Positions 1 to 10,542 of a stretch of DNA of 64,000 nt are shown here, in pieces (the first letter of the stretch is position 1; the number at the start of each line of letters is the position of its first letter). The position numbers and the translations under genes were made by a program. The notes beneath the pieces are model-generated. The model did not search any database. It was not told the origin of the DNA and saw only the letters and a list, made by a program, of their open reading frames with translations. This stretch comes from Dehalococcoidia bacterium (GTDB lineage Bacteria > Chloroflexota > Dehalococcoidia > UBA2979): contig OZ253555.1 in the NCBI GenBank assembly GCA_965262725.1, positions 3,456,001 through 3,520,000 of the forward strand. The letters are read 5' to 3'.

Positions 1-540
1 TACTCCACGGGGATGAAGCAGCGCGTGAAGCTCGCGCAGGCGCTCGCCCACGACCCCAAGGTGCTCTTCCTCGACGAGCCGACGAACGGCCTCGACCCAA
101 GCGGGCGCGACGAGATGCTCGATCTTGTCGCCCGAACGGGGCACGAGTTCGGGATCTCGATCGTCATGTCCTCACACCTGCTCAACGAGATCGAACAAGT
201 CTGCGACGAGCTGATCGTGATCGAGAGCGGCAAGCTGCTGCGCACCGGCCGCATCGCCGAACTCACCGACCAGACCGCCGTCCTCGCCGTGGAGGTGGAG
301 CGGGACGCCGACCGCCTCGCCGCGACGCTCGCCGAGCGCGGTCTCGAGGTACAGGCCCTTGGACGCACTCTCGAGATCGCCGCGGGCGGCGCCGCGGAGG
401 GCGTGCACGACACGATCCTCGGCGCCGTCGTGGCGCTGGAGCTACCGCTCGTGCGTCTCGAGCGGCGCCGCCGCACGCTGGAGGAGCTGTTCCGGCCGGG
501 GGCCGGCCCGGCGACGCGGACGCCCGGTGACCGCTCCTGA
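1..540 (+). CDS. ABC transporter ATP-binding protein, 5'-truncated by window edge
   Basis: Signature YSTGMKQR, Walker B LFLDEP, H-loop SSH; the frame is open from base 1. Confidence 0.9.
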   Translation, partial: YSTGMKQRVKLAQALAHDPKVLFLDEPTNGLDPSGRDEMLDLVARTGHEFGISIVMSSHLLNEIEQVCDELIVIESGKLLRTGRIAELTDQTAVLAVEVERDADRLAATLAERGLEVQALGRTLEIAAGGAAEGVHDTILGAVVALELPLVRLERRRRTLEELFRPGAGPATRTPGDRS

Positions 541-1447
541 CCCCGCGCCGAGCGGCGCGATCTACGACCTCGGTTATCAGGGCTACGAGGGACCCCGGCT
601 CGGCCGCGCCTACGCCCTCTGGTCTCTCTACCTGCTGAGCGTGCGCAACTCATTCGGGATCGGGCGCGGGGCGCTGCCGAAGGTGCTCGCCTTCACGCTC
701 GTGCTTCTCGCGCACGCGCTCGCCATCGTCCAGCTGATCCTCGGGGCCGTGCTACCGGTCGACGAGTTCGAGCTGGTGCGACCACACGAGTACTACCAGC
801 TCATTCACTTCATCCTGATCCTCTTCGTCGCCGCGATCGCCTCCGACCTCGTCGGCAACGACCGACGTGCCCGCACGCTCGCGCTCTACTTCTCGCGGCC
901 GATCGAGCGCGACGACTACGCGCTCGCCAAGATTGCCGCGCTCTCCAGCACCCTGCTCGCGCTCACCATCGCGCCGCAGATGCTGATGTTCGCGGGGAAC
1001 GCTCTCGGCGCGGCCGACGGCCTCGAGTGGATCCGGGACAACGCCGGCGACGTGCCGCGGATCCTCGTCAGCGGCCTGATCCTCTGCGTGACGTTCGGAG
1101 CGGTCGGCATCATGGTCGCCTCCTACGCCGAGCGCCGCGCCTTCTCGCTGATCAGCGTGGTGGCGATCTTCCTGATCTCCTTCACCGTCGCGGGAATCGT
1201 CGTCTCCGAGTTCGGCAACGAACAGACGCGCTATGCGCTCTTCCTCAGCCCGCTGCACGTGGTAGAGGGCTCCACGCTCTATCTGTTCGACGCTCTGCCG
1301 GCGCTGGAGGCATCCACGAGGAACGGCCCGCCCAACCAACAGGTCGCCTGGGCCGACTTCCCCACCTGGGTCTGGCCGCTCGTCTCTATCGCCTGGGCCA
1401 CGCTCGCCGCGGCGATCGTCGTACGCCGCTTCCGGGGGTCGATCTGA
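527..1447 (+). CDS. ABC-2 type transporter permease
   Basis: GTG at 527 overlaps the upstream gene; multiple TM segments; LYFSRPI motif typical of ABC-2 permeases. Confidence 0.85.
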   Translation: MTAPDPAPSGAIYDLGYQGYEGPRLGRAYALWSLYLLSVRNSFGIGRGALPKVLAFTLVLLAHALAIVQLILGAVLPVDEFELVRPHEYYQLIHFILILFVAAIASDLVGNDRRARTLALYFSRPIERDDYALAKIAALSSTLLALTIAPQMLMFAGNALGAADGLEWIRDNAGDVPRILVSGLILCVTFGAVGIMVASYAERRAFSLISVVAIFLISFTVAGIVVSEFGNEQTRYALFLSPLHVVEGSTLYLFDALPALEASTRNGPPNQQVAWADFPTWVWPLVSIAWATLAAAIVVRRFRGSI

Positions 1448-2376
1448 TGACGACAGAGGCGGTGGCCCCGGCGATCGTGGCGCGCAACGTCTCGCGCTGG
1501 TACGGCGACGTCGTCGCGGTGAACGACATCTCGTTCTCCGTCGGGCCCGGGATCACCGGCCTGCTCGGTCCCAACGGAGCGGGCAAGAGCACGCTACTGC
1601 ACATGATCTCCGGCTTCCTGCGCCCCTCCGCGGGGGCCGTCGAGGTTCATGGCGAGGCTCCGTGGCGTCATCCCACCCTCTTCCGGCGCCTCGGGCTCGT
1701 GCCGGAGCGGGAGGCAGTCTACCCCTTCCTTGGCGCACGCGACCTCGCGCTCGCCAGCGCCCGCTTGCACGGGCTCGCCGATCCCGAGGCAGCCGCCCGA
1801 CGGGCGATCGCCCTCGTCGAGCTGGAGGACGCGCAGGACCGACCGATGGGCGGCTACTCGAAGGGGATGCGCCAGCGCGCCAAGATCGCCGCCGCCCTGG
1901 TCCACGACCCCGACGTGCTGATTCTCGACGAGCCGTTTAACGGCACCGACCCGCGCCAGCGCCTCCAGCTCATGGAGATGCTGAGGCGCAGGGCCGCCGA
2001 GGGCCGCACGATCCTCTTCTCGTCGCACATCCTCGAGGAGGTCGAGCGCCTCGCCGAGAACGTCCTGGTCGTCGTCAACGGGCGGCTCGCCGCCTCCGGC
2101 GACTTCCACCAGATCCGCCGCCTGATGACCGACCGCCCGCACGTCTTCGAGCTGCGTTCCAGCGACAACCGCACGCTGGCCGCGGCCCTCGTCGGCCTGC
2201 CCCACGTCTCGGCCATCGAGCTCCAGGACGGCAGGCTCGACGTGCGCACGACCGACTTCGGGGCCTTCACCGCCGCGATCGCACGCACGACGCTCGACTG
2301 CTCCGTCACACTCCACGAGCTGCGCCCGGCTGACGAATCGCTCGAGAGCGTCTTCTCCTATCTGGTGGGATCATGA
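1447..2376 (+). CDS. ABC transporter ATP-binding protein
   Basis: TGATG coupling; Walker A GPNGAGKS, signature YSKGMRQR, Walker B ILDEP. Confidence 0.92.
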   Translation: MTTEAVAPAIVARNVSRWYGDVVAVNDISFSVGPGITGLLGPNGAGKSTLLHMISGFLRPSAGAVEVHGEAPWRHPTLFRRLGLVPEREAVYPFLGARDLALASARLHGLADPEAAARRAIALVELEDAQDRPMGGYSKGMRQRAKIAAALVHDPDVLILDEPFNGTDPRQRLQLMEMLRRRAAEGRTILFSSHILEEVERLAENVLVVVNGRLAASGDFHQIRRLMTDRPHVFELRSSDNRTLAAALVGLPHVSAIELQDGRLDVRTTDFGAFTAAIARTTLDCSVTLHELRPADESLESVFSYLVGS

Positions 2377-3101
2377 CGCGTACGCTGCTCTCGCTCACGG
2401 CGCATCAGCTGCTCGGGCGGCGTCGGGGGTTCCTGATCGCGCTGCTGGCGCTGCTCCCGATCGGCATCGCGCTGCTCTTTCGACTCGCGGGTGACGGAGA
2501 CGAGGCGACGGACTTCGCCGCCGGCATGATCAACGGCTTCGTGTTCACGCTGCTTCTACCGATCGGCGCGCTCGTCTTCGGTACCTCTGCGCTGGGCGCC
2601 GAGATTGAGGACGGAACGATCGTCTACCTGCTGGCGCAGCCGGTCGCGCGCTGGCGCATCGTCGTCGTGAAGGCCACCGTCGCCTCCCTCGCGACGATCG
2701 CGCTCACCGTCCCCGCCGCCCTGATCACCGCCGTGATCGTGCTCGACGGCTTCGACTCCGAGTCTCTGTGGTGGGGCGCCACGGTCGCCACGGTCGCCGG
2801 CAGCATCGTCTACAGCACGCTCTTCGTCGGCCTCAGCACCATCACCGGGCGCGCGCTCATCATCGGCCTCGTCTACGTCTTCGTCTGGGAAGCATTCATC
2901 ACGAGCATCTTCGACGGCACGCGCTGGATCAGCGTCCGTGAGTACGTCTTCGCCATCGCCGATGCGCTCACCACGGCGGAGCCGGTGAGCTCCAGTCTCA
3001 CGGGCTCCCAGTCGCTGGTTGCCTCAGGGGTCGTCGTGGCGATCGCGCTTGCCGCCGGATCGCACTTCCTCCAGCGCTTTGAGATCGGCGAGCAGTCCTA
3101 G
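2373..3101 (+). CDS. ABC-2 type transporter permease
   Basis: ATGA overlap; about 6 TM segments; EIEDGTIVYLL motif. Confidence 0.85.
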   Translation: MTRTLLSLTAHQLLGRRRGFLIALLALLPIGIALLFRLAGDGDEATDFAAGMINGFVFTLLLPIGALVFGTSALGAEIEDGTIVYLLAQPVARWRIVVVKATVASLATIALTVPAALITAVIVLDGFDSESLWWGATVATVAGSIVYSTLFVGLSTITGRALIIGLVYVFVWEAFITSIFDGTRWISVREYVFAIADALTTAEPVSSSLTGSQSLVASGVVVAIALAAGSHFLQRFEIGEQS

Positions 3102-3270
3102 ACCGAACGACGTAGCCGGCCCCGCCCCCGCGCGACCGCGGTGATCGCCGTGACCGAGAGGGTGCGCTGCGGTGTCTGCTCCCCGGCGGGACGTGCCGAG
3201 GCATAGCGGACATCGACTTCCTCCTCGGTGGCTGAGTGGATCGAATACCCGGTCGGCGCCCGCGCCGGTG

Positions 3271-4221
3271 CTACTCCTCGGTGAGCGCGAAGTACCGCCC
3301 GACCGGCCTGGCGGGATCCGGTCGATAAACGTACATCCGCCCGGGAGCCAGCGCCTCTTCGTAGAGCACTTCCTCGCGGCCACCGGCGGTAACAGCCAGC
3401 GCGTAGTTGGCCGCTCCCGGCAGATAGAATCTCGCCAAGCCCCTGCGATTGGTCCTTGATCGGCTCAGACCCGCGACGACCACCTCTGCTCCGGGAACCG
3501 GATTGTCGCCGCCGTCGAGCACCAGCAGTCTCGCGGCCTGACGTGGGAGGAAGTGAACCGCAAGAAACTGTCTGAGCCGCCCGGCACGACCGGGCACGGT
3601 CCCCTCCGGCATATTGTCGAGGACATCTTTCTCGTAGCCAACCTGCTTCGGTGTGGCCCAATCGGGGCCGTACTTGAAGCGGAGGTACTCCTCGGGCGGG
3701 CTTGGGACGAGATACTTCTCGCCGATGAAGTCGACCGCGGCTAACTCCGTGAAGAGGCTGACGGGGAACGGCACTCCCGGGTAGTGTGCGATCGTCCCCT
3801 TCACGACTCGGTAGCACTGCCAATCTATTCTGATGCGGTATTTCATGATCTTCACGGAGACATATAGGCCGTCGTGGAGCACCTCAACGTAGCAGCCGTG
3901 CGCCCGAAGCGTCTCCACGGTGGGCTCGATTAGGTCCTCCGTGAAACCGTGAAGCCCTATGATCGATCCGAGATCGAGGTCATCGTCCCATGCGATCAGC
4001 GCGTGATCGCGCACCGCGCCCAGGCATGTGCCCTGGCGGAGGAAGAAGACGACACCGTGCTGTTCGAAGACCTGTCGGACTTCGCGGAGCAGCCGCTCGG
4101 CGTCCCCGAGGTCCATCGGCGGAATCGTTCGCTCAAGGTGCTCCATGAGAGCGGCGTTCTCGGCGTCGCTCTCTGCGTTGCCTGATGTCGTGGCCTCGTC
4201 GTCCCGCAGTCGTTCGATCAC
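3271..4221 (-). CDS. LicD-family nucleotidyltransferase-fold transferase with C-terminal beta domain
   Basis: GTCLGAVR...IAWDDDLDLG and EYLRFKYGPDW motifs of the LicD/fukutin family. Confidence 0.85.
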   Translation of the reverse strand: MIERLRDDEATTSGNAESDAENAALMEHLERTIPPMDLGDAERLLREVRQVFEQHGVVFFLRQGTCLGAVRDHALIAWDDDLDLGSIIGLHGFTEDLIEPTVETLRAHGCYVEVLHDGLYVSVKIMKYRIRIDWQCYRVVKGTIAHYPGVPFPVSLFTELAAVDFIGEKYLVPSPPEEYLRFKYGPDWATPKQVGYEKDVLDNMPEGTVPGRAGRLRQFLAVHFLPRQAARLLVLDGGDNPVPGAEVVVAGLSRSRTNRRGLARFYLPGAANYALAVTAGGREEVLYEEALAPGRMYVYRPDPARPVGRYFALTEE

Positions 4222-4227
4222 CGGCGC

Positions 4228-6081
4228 CTACAGCAGTGCCGCGAGCGCCTCGACGAGGACGCGATTCTCCGCCGGAGTGCGCGACGCGATGCGCAAGTAT
4301 CGGTTCGCGTCGGGCATGCTCTTTCCGGAACAATCCTTGATCAGGATGTTGTGCTCGACATAGAGACGCCGTGCGAGCTCGGGGCCCGTGGCGGTGGGAT
4401 CCGTCATCCGCCCGAGCACGAAATTCGCGTCCGACTCGACACAGTCGAGCCCTGGAAGTGCCGAAAGGTCCGTGTACAGGTCCCTGCAGATCGTTCGGGT
4501 CAACTCGCAGCTCTTCGCGAACTCGGCGCGGTACCTGCCGACGACGCGCAGGAACTCCTCCGCCAGCCCGTTGACGTTCCAGATCGGCAGGGACCGGCGC
4601 ACCCTCGTGACGAACGCCCGATCCGCGCTGAGGAGGTAGCCGATGCGGAGGCCGGCGATCCCAAATACCTTGCTCATGCTCTTGATCACCACGAGGTTGG
4701 GATATGCCGCGACGTCGCCTTCCGTGCTTCCGCCGCCGCCTGTGCGCGAGAACTCGATGAACGACTCATCGACGACGAGGCGGCAGTTGTGAGATTCCAG
4801 CAGGCGAGCGAGGCGCAGGATTTCGTCACGTGACGCGGACACGGCAGTCGGGTTGTTCGGCGTGACGACGACCGCTGTATCGGACCTCCAACGAATTGCG
4901 GACTCGGCGAATGCATCAACATCCAACGCGAACGTCTCCGGGTCAAGCGGGAAGCGGTTCAGCCCTCCGGCGTCAACCACCTCCTCGTACTCATTGAAGG
5001 ACGGCGTCGGGATCGTCAGACGCTGCACGAACTGATTGCCGAGGATCTTGATCAGCTCCGCAGCGCCGTTGGCCACCGCGAGATTGTCCGGATCCGCGCC
5101 CGTCCAGTCGGACACCAAACGCGCCAATTCCTCTTGGGCGACCGGGTAGTTCGCGACGATTTGGCGGAGGCCCGAGCGAAACCCTTCCAGCATTTCGACC
5201 GGTGGGAAGTGCATATTGTATAAGTAGGAATGGTCGGTGAACCCATACCTCCAGTAGGCGCCGTGAAGCTGCTGAATGCGGTCGAACTGCGCGCTGCGGT
5301 CGAGGAACAGGAATCGCGCAGCTTCCAGATCACGATGGTCGTCGATCTCATACCAGCGGGCCCCAGAAACATCAACCGCCGCGAGATCACTGAGCGATCC
5401 ATCGGCCACGCAGTCGCGCAAGATCGTCTCGTAATACCGATCGACATGGCCAGCGTCGATTGCCAGGCGGAGGCGAGGGAGCAGGGTCTCGCGCAGCACC
5501 CTTTCGCGCAGCAGGTAGACATTGGCAGTCTTGAATGAGTCGGAAAAGTCGAACTGAGAACCCTGATCGGCGCGGAGAATGAAGCTCGTCACGCGCTTCT
5601 CGCGATCGCACCGGACCACTGTGCCGGATAGTGCCCGGTGGTAGGGCACCACGGCAGCGCTGCTGCCGGACTCCTCGAGCAACGCCGTAATGACCGCTGC
5701 ATCCAACGCCACGTCCCCCTCGATCAGCAGGACGTCCTGGTCGAGGTAGGCGCGAGCGTGCCAGAGGGAGCGAATGTTGTTGGTCGTCTCGTAGTCGGGC
5801 GCCGTGACGTAGTGGATGTCGATGCCGAAGAAGCGAGAGCCAAAGGCGTTGCGAACAACGTCGCCCTTGTAGCCAATCACCACGACCGCCTCGCTCGTCC
5901 CCTGCGCTGCAAGCTCTCTGAGCGTGCGCTGGAGAAGCGGCTCACCTCCGACCTCGACCATGCACTTGGGGAGAGCCTCCGTCAGCGGCCGCAGGCGGTC
6001 CCCCACGCCCGCAGCAAGGACCACCGCACGGCGAATGCCCGACCGGGGAGTGCCGCAGGCCTCACTCTCTATCGGCATCAT
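4228..6081 (-). CDS. Fusion of LicC-like NTP transferase and class I/II PLP enzyme (HisC/CobD-like)
   Basis: N-term LAAGVGDRLRPLT-LPK and WYEIDD; C-term PNNPT, VDESF, SMSKVFGIAGLRIGY with the PLP lysine. Confidence 0.88.
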   Translation of the reverse strand: MMPIESEACGTPRSGIRRAVVLAAGVGDRLRPLTEALPKCMVEVGGEPLLQRTLRELAAQGTSEAVVVIGYKGDVVRNAFGSRFFGIDIHYVTAPDYETTNNIRSLWHARAYLDQDVLLIEGDVALDAAVITALLEESGSSAAVVPYHRALSGTVVRCDREKRVTSFILRADQGSQFDFSDSFKTANVYLLRERVLRETLLPRLRLAIDAGHVDRYYETILRDCVADGSLSDLAAVDVSGARWYEIDDHRDLEAARFLFLDRSAQFDRIQQLHGAYWRYGFTDHSYLYNMHFPPVEMLEGFRSGLRQIVANYPVAQEELARLVSDWTGADPDNLAVANGAAELIKILGNQFVQRLTIPTPSFNEYEEVVDAGGLNRFPLDPETFALDVDAFAESAIRWRSDTAVVVTPNNPTAVSASRDEILRLARLLESHNCRLVVDESFIEFSRTGGGGSTEGDVAAYPNLVVIKSMSKVFGIAGLRIGYLLSADRAFVTRVRRSLPIWNVNGLAEEFLRVVGRYRAEFAKSCELTRTICRDLYTDLSALPGLDCVESDANFVLGRMTDPTATGPELARRLYVEHNILIKDCSGKSMPDANRYLRIASRTPAENRVLVEALAALL

Positions 6082-6106
6082 CAATCGCCCCGCCACCGCA
6101 TCGCTG

Positions 6107-7315
6107 TTACTCGTTGACGCCCGGTGCAATCTCGACAGAGCGCTGCGTCCCAGAACCTCGGCGTGCCCACGCTGGGGACGTGAAATATTCGCGCAGTCGG
6201 TCGATCCCTTCCTCGTAGCGGTCGTTGCAGAAGGCTAGGCGCAGGTCGTGCGGCAGGCCAAAATCGGTTCCCGGCACGACCGCGACGTGGACGCTCTCCA
6301 GTATGTCGCGAGCCAATTCCTTCGATGACGCGAACCCCATGCGAGCGTTCCACTCTTCGCAGCGGAGGATGGCGTAGAACCCGCCCTCCGACGCGATCGG
6401 GTGACATCCGGCATCCGCGAGTCGTTCCGTCGTGTACTCCGCTCTGGATCGATAAATTCCAGTGAGCTCCTCGAGGCTCTCGTCGTCCTCGAGCGCGGCG
6501 ATCATTCCATACTGGTAGCACGGGTCTGTACACAACAACGTGTGTTGCTGGATGACACGCAGGTTCACCTGCAGCTCCTCCGGGAGGATCGCGAAGCCGA
6601 CACGCTTCGTGTACATCCGGTAGCCCTTGGAGAAGCTGTTCGTGACGATTGTCGTGTGCGCATGTTCTGGAAGCAGCTTCAGCGGCGAGTGAAAGTCGTC
6701 ATAGAACATCGTGTTGTTGTAAATCTCGTCGTTCAGAACATATGCTTGGCCATCAACGATCCGGTACATCTCTCGCAGTTCTTCCGGCGTGACGATGTTC
6801 CCCACGGGGTTGCCGGGTGAGTTGATTACGACGAGCGATGTCCGTTCTGGCGAGAAATTCTGACGAAACGAGTCCATGTCGACTCGTTTTGTGTTGATGT
6901 CAATGTCGTAGAATTTGACGGTAGCTCCGGCCAGCGTGGCACAGTACAGATACAGGGCGTAGTACGGGCGCGGTATCATAATCTCGTATTCCGGCCCGGA
7001 CAGTAGTTGGAAGATGTTGCGGAAAATCGGTGATGTGCCGGTATTGACGATCACTTGCGCGGCCGACACGCTCGCTCCGTGCCGCCGGCTGTAGAAGTTC
7101 GCGATCGCCGCGCGAAGCTCCGGTAGCCCCTCCGGGTAGACGCGGCGAACGAAGTCGGGATCGTGGAGCTTGGCGACCATCCGATCCAGAACGACGGGAG
7201 GAATCGGAAGCTCGGGTACGCCGATCGTGAGCTTCAGGACATCGGCTCCCCGTTGCTTCAATTCGTCTGCGAGTTCGTCTAGGACAAACATTTGAAACTC
7301 GAGATCTCTCGGCAT
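6107..7315 (-). CDS. PLP-dependent class I/II aminotransferase
   Basis: NSPGNPVG, DEIY, SFSKGY...KRVG motifs; start placed at MPRDLEF. Confidence 0.88.
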   Translation of the reverse strand: MPRDLEFQMFVLDELADELKQRGADVLKLTIGVPELPIPPVVLDRMVAKLHDPDFVRRVYPEGLPELRAAIANFYSRRHGASVSAAQVIVNTGTSPIFRNIFQLLSGPEYEIMIPRPYYALYLYCATLAGATVKFYDIDINTKRVDMDSFRQNFSPERTSLVVINSPGNPVGNIVTPEELREMYRIVDGQAYVLNDEIYNNTMFYDDFHSPLKLLPEHAHTTIVTNSFSKGYRMYTKRVGFAILPEELQVNLRVIQQHTLLCTDPCYQYGMIAALEDDESLEELTGIYRSRAEYTTERLADAGCHPIASEGGFYAILRCEEWNARMGFASSKELARDILESVHVAVVPGTDFGLPHDLRLAFCNDRYEEGIDRLREYFTSPAWARRGSGTQRSVEIAPGVNE

Positions 7316-7786
7316 GAAATCCCTTATTGTGCGTGGCAGCCGGGGCCTCCTGTCTCGCGGTGCTCTTGGCGAGGCGACGTGGCATGACATACCGCCTCGT
7401 CAGCCCATTCCGCCGTGCGGCCTCGGCCGCAGCGCGGCGGGAGCGGCGTGGCGCATCTCACCAGATAGATTGCGAATCACTGGAGACCGCACACCAGTCC
7501 GGCGCCTTGGCGCTCGCGATGATAGCGGAATTGGGACGCCAGCGCGGTGGGGGCGCAGATCGGCTCCCACGTGCGAACTCGCACGCTCGCCGTTCGGGCG
7601 GCCCTCACTCCGCGTACGGGAAGCGAGAACCCGAGATTCCCCATCCGCACGTAACCGGCAGGCCTACCACCCGGCTGGCGGGGCACACCGGCAAAGTGGG
7701 TCTCAGCGGGTCGGCACGACGGAGGGGGCGGATCCGCCAGGCGGGCAGCCAAACCGTTGTCTGGATGGCCCCCTCACGGCAGAGGC

Positions 7787-7862
7787 TGGCTCCCCGACGA
7801 GGACTCGAACCTCGAACCTAGCGGTTAACAGCCGCCCGCTCTACCGATTGAGCTATCGGGGA
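7787..7862 (-). tRNA. tRNA-Asn (GTT)
   Basis: Cloverleaf TCCCCGA...CTGTTAA loop...GGTTCGAGTCC...TCGGGGAG CCA. Confidence 0.97.
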
Positions 7863-7914
7863 CCGCCAGTGGTCAGTCTGCGGGAGAGTTGCGTGCCGGG
7901 CAATCCCCGTCCTC

Positions 7915-8778
7915 CTAGCTCCGGACGGGAGGCGCATCCACCGCCTCGAACGCGTAGCCCGCGCCATTACGCCGAATGCGACCGAGAGTAAGGATGGGGA
8001 AGTGCGGCCCCGTGAGCAGGGCGTCCGTTTCGATGGCGAGCTCGCAGATGCGCCGGCGTGCCTCCCGCGCCATGTCGCGGTCCTCGTCGTAGATGGACTG
8101 CCAGTCCAGGTGTGCGATGTGCGCGGGGTGATGCATCGCGTCGCCCACGAGAACGAGGGACTCCCCTTCCGACTGCACCAGCTGCACGCAGTGTCCGGGC
8201 GTGTGCCCGGGTGTCGCGATCATCGTGATGGACGGCGTGACGCGGGCATCCCCGTCGAAGACATGCACGAGGCCAGCGTCCATCAACGGACGGACGTGCG
8301 CGTCGGCGAAGCGCACGTCGCGCTCCGGCGCGCGGGGGTGTGGCGTCATCCAGAAGTCGATCTCTGCGGCGGCGACGTGCACCCGGGCCTCGGGAAACGC
8401 GACGGCTCCCTCCGCGGTCACATCCCAGCCGCAATGGTCGAGGTGGAGATGGGAGTGAAGCAACCCGTCCACCTCGCGAGGCGTGACGCCCGCGTCGCGC
8501 AGGCGCTCCGGCAACTCGGCGCAGGACTCCACGCCCGGCTCACGGGCGCGGGCTCCCATCCCGGTGTCGATCAGCGTTGTGTGACCGTCACCGCGTACCA
8601 GGAAGCCGGAGTAGCCGTACGGCACCGGATCTTCGGGATGGCTGATCCCGAGCTCGGCGGTCCACGCCGCCTCATCCACGCCGTCGAAGAAGATGCGCAG
8701 GTCGCGCTCGAACGCCGCATCCGAGAGCTGCGTCACCTCGAGCTTCCCGACACCAAAGCTGCCGATCACACGCTGCAT
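7915..8778 (-). CDS. MBL-fold metallo-hydrolase (AHL-lactonase/YtnP-like)
   Basis: HLHLDHCG, TPGHTPGH, GD, C-terminal HF. Confidence 0.9.
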   Translation of the reverse strand: MQRVIGSFGVGKLEVTQLSDAAFERDLRIFFDGVDEAAWTAELGISHPEDPVPYGYSGFLVRGDGHTTLIDTGMGARAREPGVESCAELPERLRDAGVTPREVDGLLHSHLHLDHCGWDVTAEGAVAFPEARVHVAAAEIDFWMTPHPRAPERDVRFADAHVRPLMDAGLVHVFDGDARVTPSITMIATPGHTPGHCVQLVQSEGESLVLVGDAMHHPAHIAHLDWQSIYDEDRDMAREARRRICELAIETDALLTGPHFPILTLGRIRRNGAGYAFEAVDAPPVRS

Positions 8779-9164
8779 GGAGACCCCTGCCTGCCGCCCT
8801 GACGACTGCCTGCTGCACCCGGCCGGCCCGCACCCGGCCGTCAGCCGGCACCGCGCGCGTGGCGCCGGGCATGGTAGGGGTCCGGTTTCCGCGGCGTCGA
8901 CGCGCGACCGTTCCCTCGCGTGACCGCCGGCTCGGCGTCGGGCCGGTCCCGCGGGCGTCATCCCCCGGCGCGTCGCTCTCGCGACCGGCCGAGACCAGAA
9001 CCCGGAAACGCCGGCGTCGGCCCCCGCATGACTTGCGAGCGACGCCCCGACGAGTCGAGGATCGTCGTGCTCGCCCGGCCACGCGCCGCCCCGCGCCGAG
9101 GGTCCGGCGGAAGCCGAGCGCGACGTTTCCGGTCGATCGGACCCTAGGAGCGAGCGGAGCGAAC

Positions 9165-10367
9165 GTGACGGGTGCCGACCGACTCCGCCGCGCGTTCGAG
9201 AGCGGTGACCTGCTGGCCCCCGTCACGGACGGTCCGAACCTCGTCGACCTCGGTCGGGCGGTCGCGTCCGCGTGTGGCGCGCCCGTGGCCCTCCCGACAC
9301 GCGGCGCCGCCCTCCTCCGTGATCTCATCGGCGAGCCGCACCACCTCGTGCTGGTGCTGGTCGACGGACTCGGTCTGAATCTGATCGAGCGGCGGCCGGC
9401 CCACTCGACACTCCGGCGGCTGCTCGCGATGGAGATCCGCTCCGTCTTCCCCTCGTCGACTGCGACCGCGATGACCTCGCTCGCCACCGGGGAGTGGCCC
9501 GCCCGACACGCGGTGGTGGGGTGGTGGACGCACCTGCCCGCCCTCGGCGAGGCCGCGGTTCTCCTCCCCTTTCAGCGCCGATCCGATTCGCGCGACCTCG
9601 GGGAGCTCGGGATCGGCCCGGAGCGCGCCTTCCCGGTGGCACCGCTGCTCGGCGCCTTTAGGCGCGACACGCTCTCCATCCTCCCGCAGGAGATCGTCGA
9701 CTCCCCCTACTCGCGATACGCGAGCGCCGGCTCCCCGCGTATCGGCTATGTGTCCGTGAGCGACGCGGCGGAGACGGTGTTCGACCGCGTTCGCGGGACA
9801 CGCGGGCCCACTTTCACCTACATCTACACGCCGCGGGTCGACGCGGCAGCCCACGCGATGGGCGGATCGAGTCCCGCGCTCGAGGCCGAGCTGGCGCGCG
9901 TCGAGGAGTTCGTGGAGCGCCTCGCTGTGGGGCTCGGTGCGGGCTCCCGACTTTTGGTGACGGCCGACCACGGGCACCTCGACGCGCCCACCGGTCTGCG
10001 TCACGAACTCCACCAGGGGAGCACCCTGGGCACGATGCAGCGCATCCCGCCCTCGGGGGATCCGCGCGCGATCTACTTCCACCTGCGGGCCGGCGGCCGC
10101 AGTCGCTTCCGCGAGAGCTTCGATGCCCGCTTCGGCACCGAATTCCTCTTGCTCTCGACCGACGAGCTGGAGGAGATGGAGCTTCTCGGCCCCGGCCTGC
10201 TGAGCGACGAGACACGCAGGAGGGTCGGCGACTCGGTCGCGATCTCTCTGGGCGCCTCGATTCTCGCGATGCCCGGCATCACCGGCGGCGACGAATGGCT
10301 CGCGCTCGCCTCGCACCACTCGGGCCTGACTCCTGCCGAGATGCGCATCCCGCTTCTCGTCGCGTAG
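9165..10367 (+). CDS. Alkaline phosphatase superfamily (nucleotide pyrophosphatase/phosphodiesterase)
   Basis: LVDGLG, FPSSTAT, DAAAH, TADHG, HHSG motifs; GTG start after AGGAG. Confidence 0.87.
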   Translation: MTGADRLRRAFESGDLLAPVTDGPNLVDLGRAVASACGAPVALPTRGAALLRDLIGEPHHLVLVLVDGLGLNLIERRPAHSTLRRLLAMEIRSVFPSSTATAMTSLATGEWPARHAVVGWWTHLPALGEAAVLLPFQRRSDSRDLGELGIGPERAFPVAPLLGAFRRDTLSILPQEIVDSPYSRYASAGSPRIGYVSVSDAAETVFDRVRGTRGPTFTYIYTPRVDAAAHAMGGSSPALEAELARVEEFVERLAVGLGAGSRLLVTADHGHLDAPTGLRHELHQGSTLGTMQRIPPSGDPRAIYFHLRAGGRSRFRESFDARFGTEFLLLSTDELEEMELLGPGLLSDETRRRVGDSVAISLGASILAMPGITGGDEWLALASHHSGLTPAEMRIPLLVA

Positions 10368-10454
10368 GGAGAGATCGGCGCACGGCGACCCCGCCGCCGC
10401 GCGGCCGGCGCACCCGCGACCACGACACCGCTATGACATCAGCCCATGGGCAGC

Positions 10455-10470
10455 GGGGGGGGGGGGGGGG
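10455..10470 (+). repeat. G16 homopolymer upstream of tRNA-Gln
   Basis: 16 consecutive G read directly. Confidence 0.8.
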
Positions 10471-10542
10471 CGTCGGCTCGTCGGAGTCCTCGGCGGGTGG
10501 CTACCGGAGCGGCTACGCTATCGGTGCCGCCAGCCCTCACCC

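Noticed and set aside
3102-7786. Integrative element at tRNA-Asn
   Set aside because: No integrase and no duplicated tRNA 3' end found; kept only as a compositionally distinct locus
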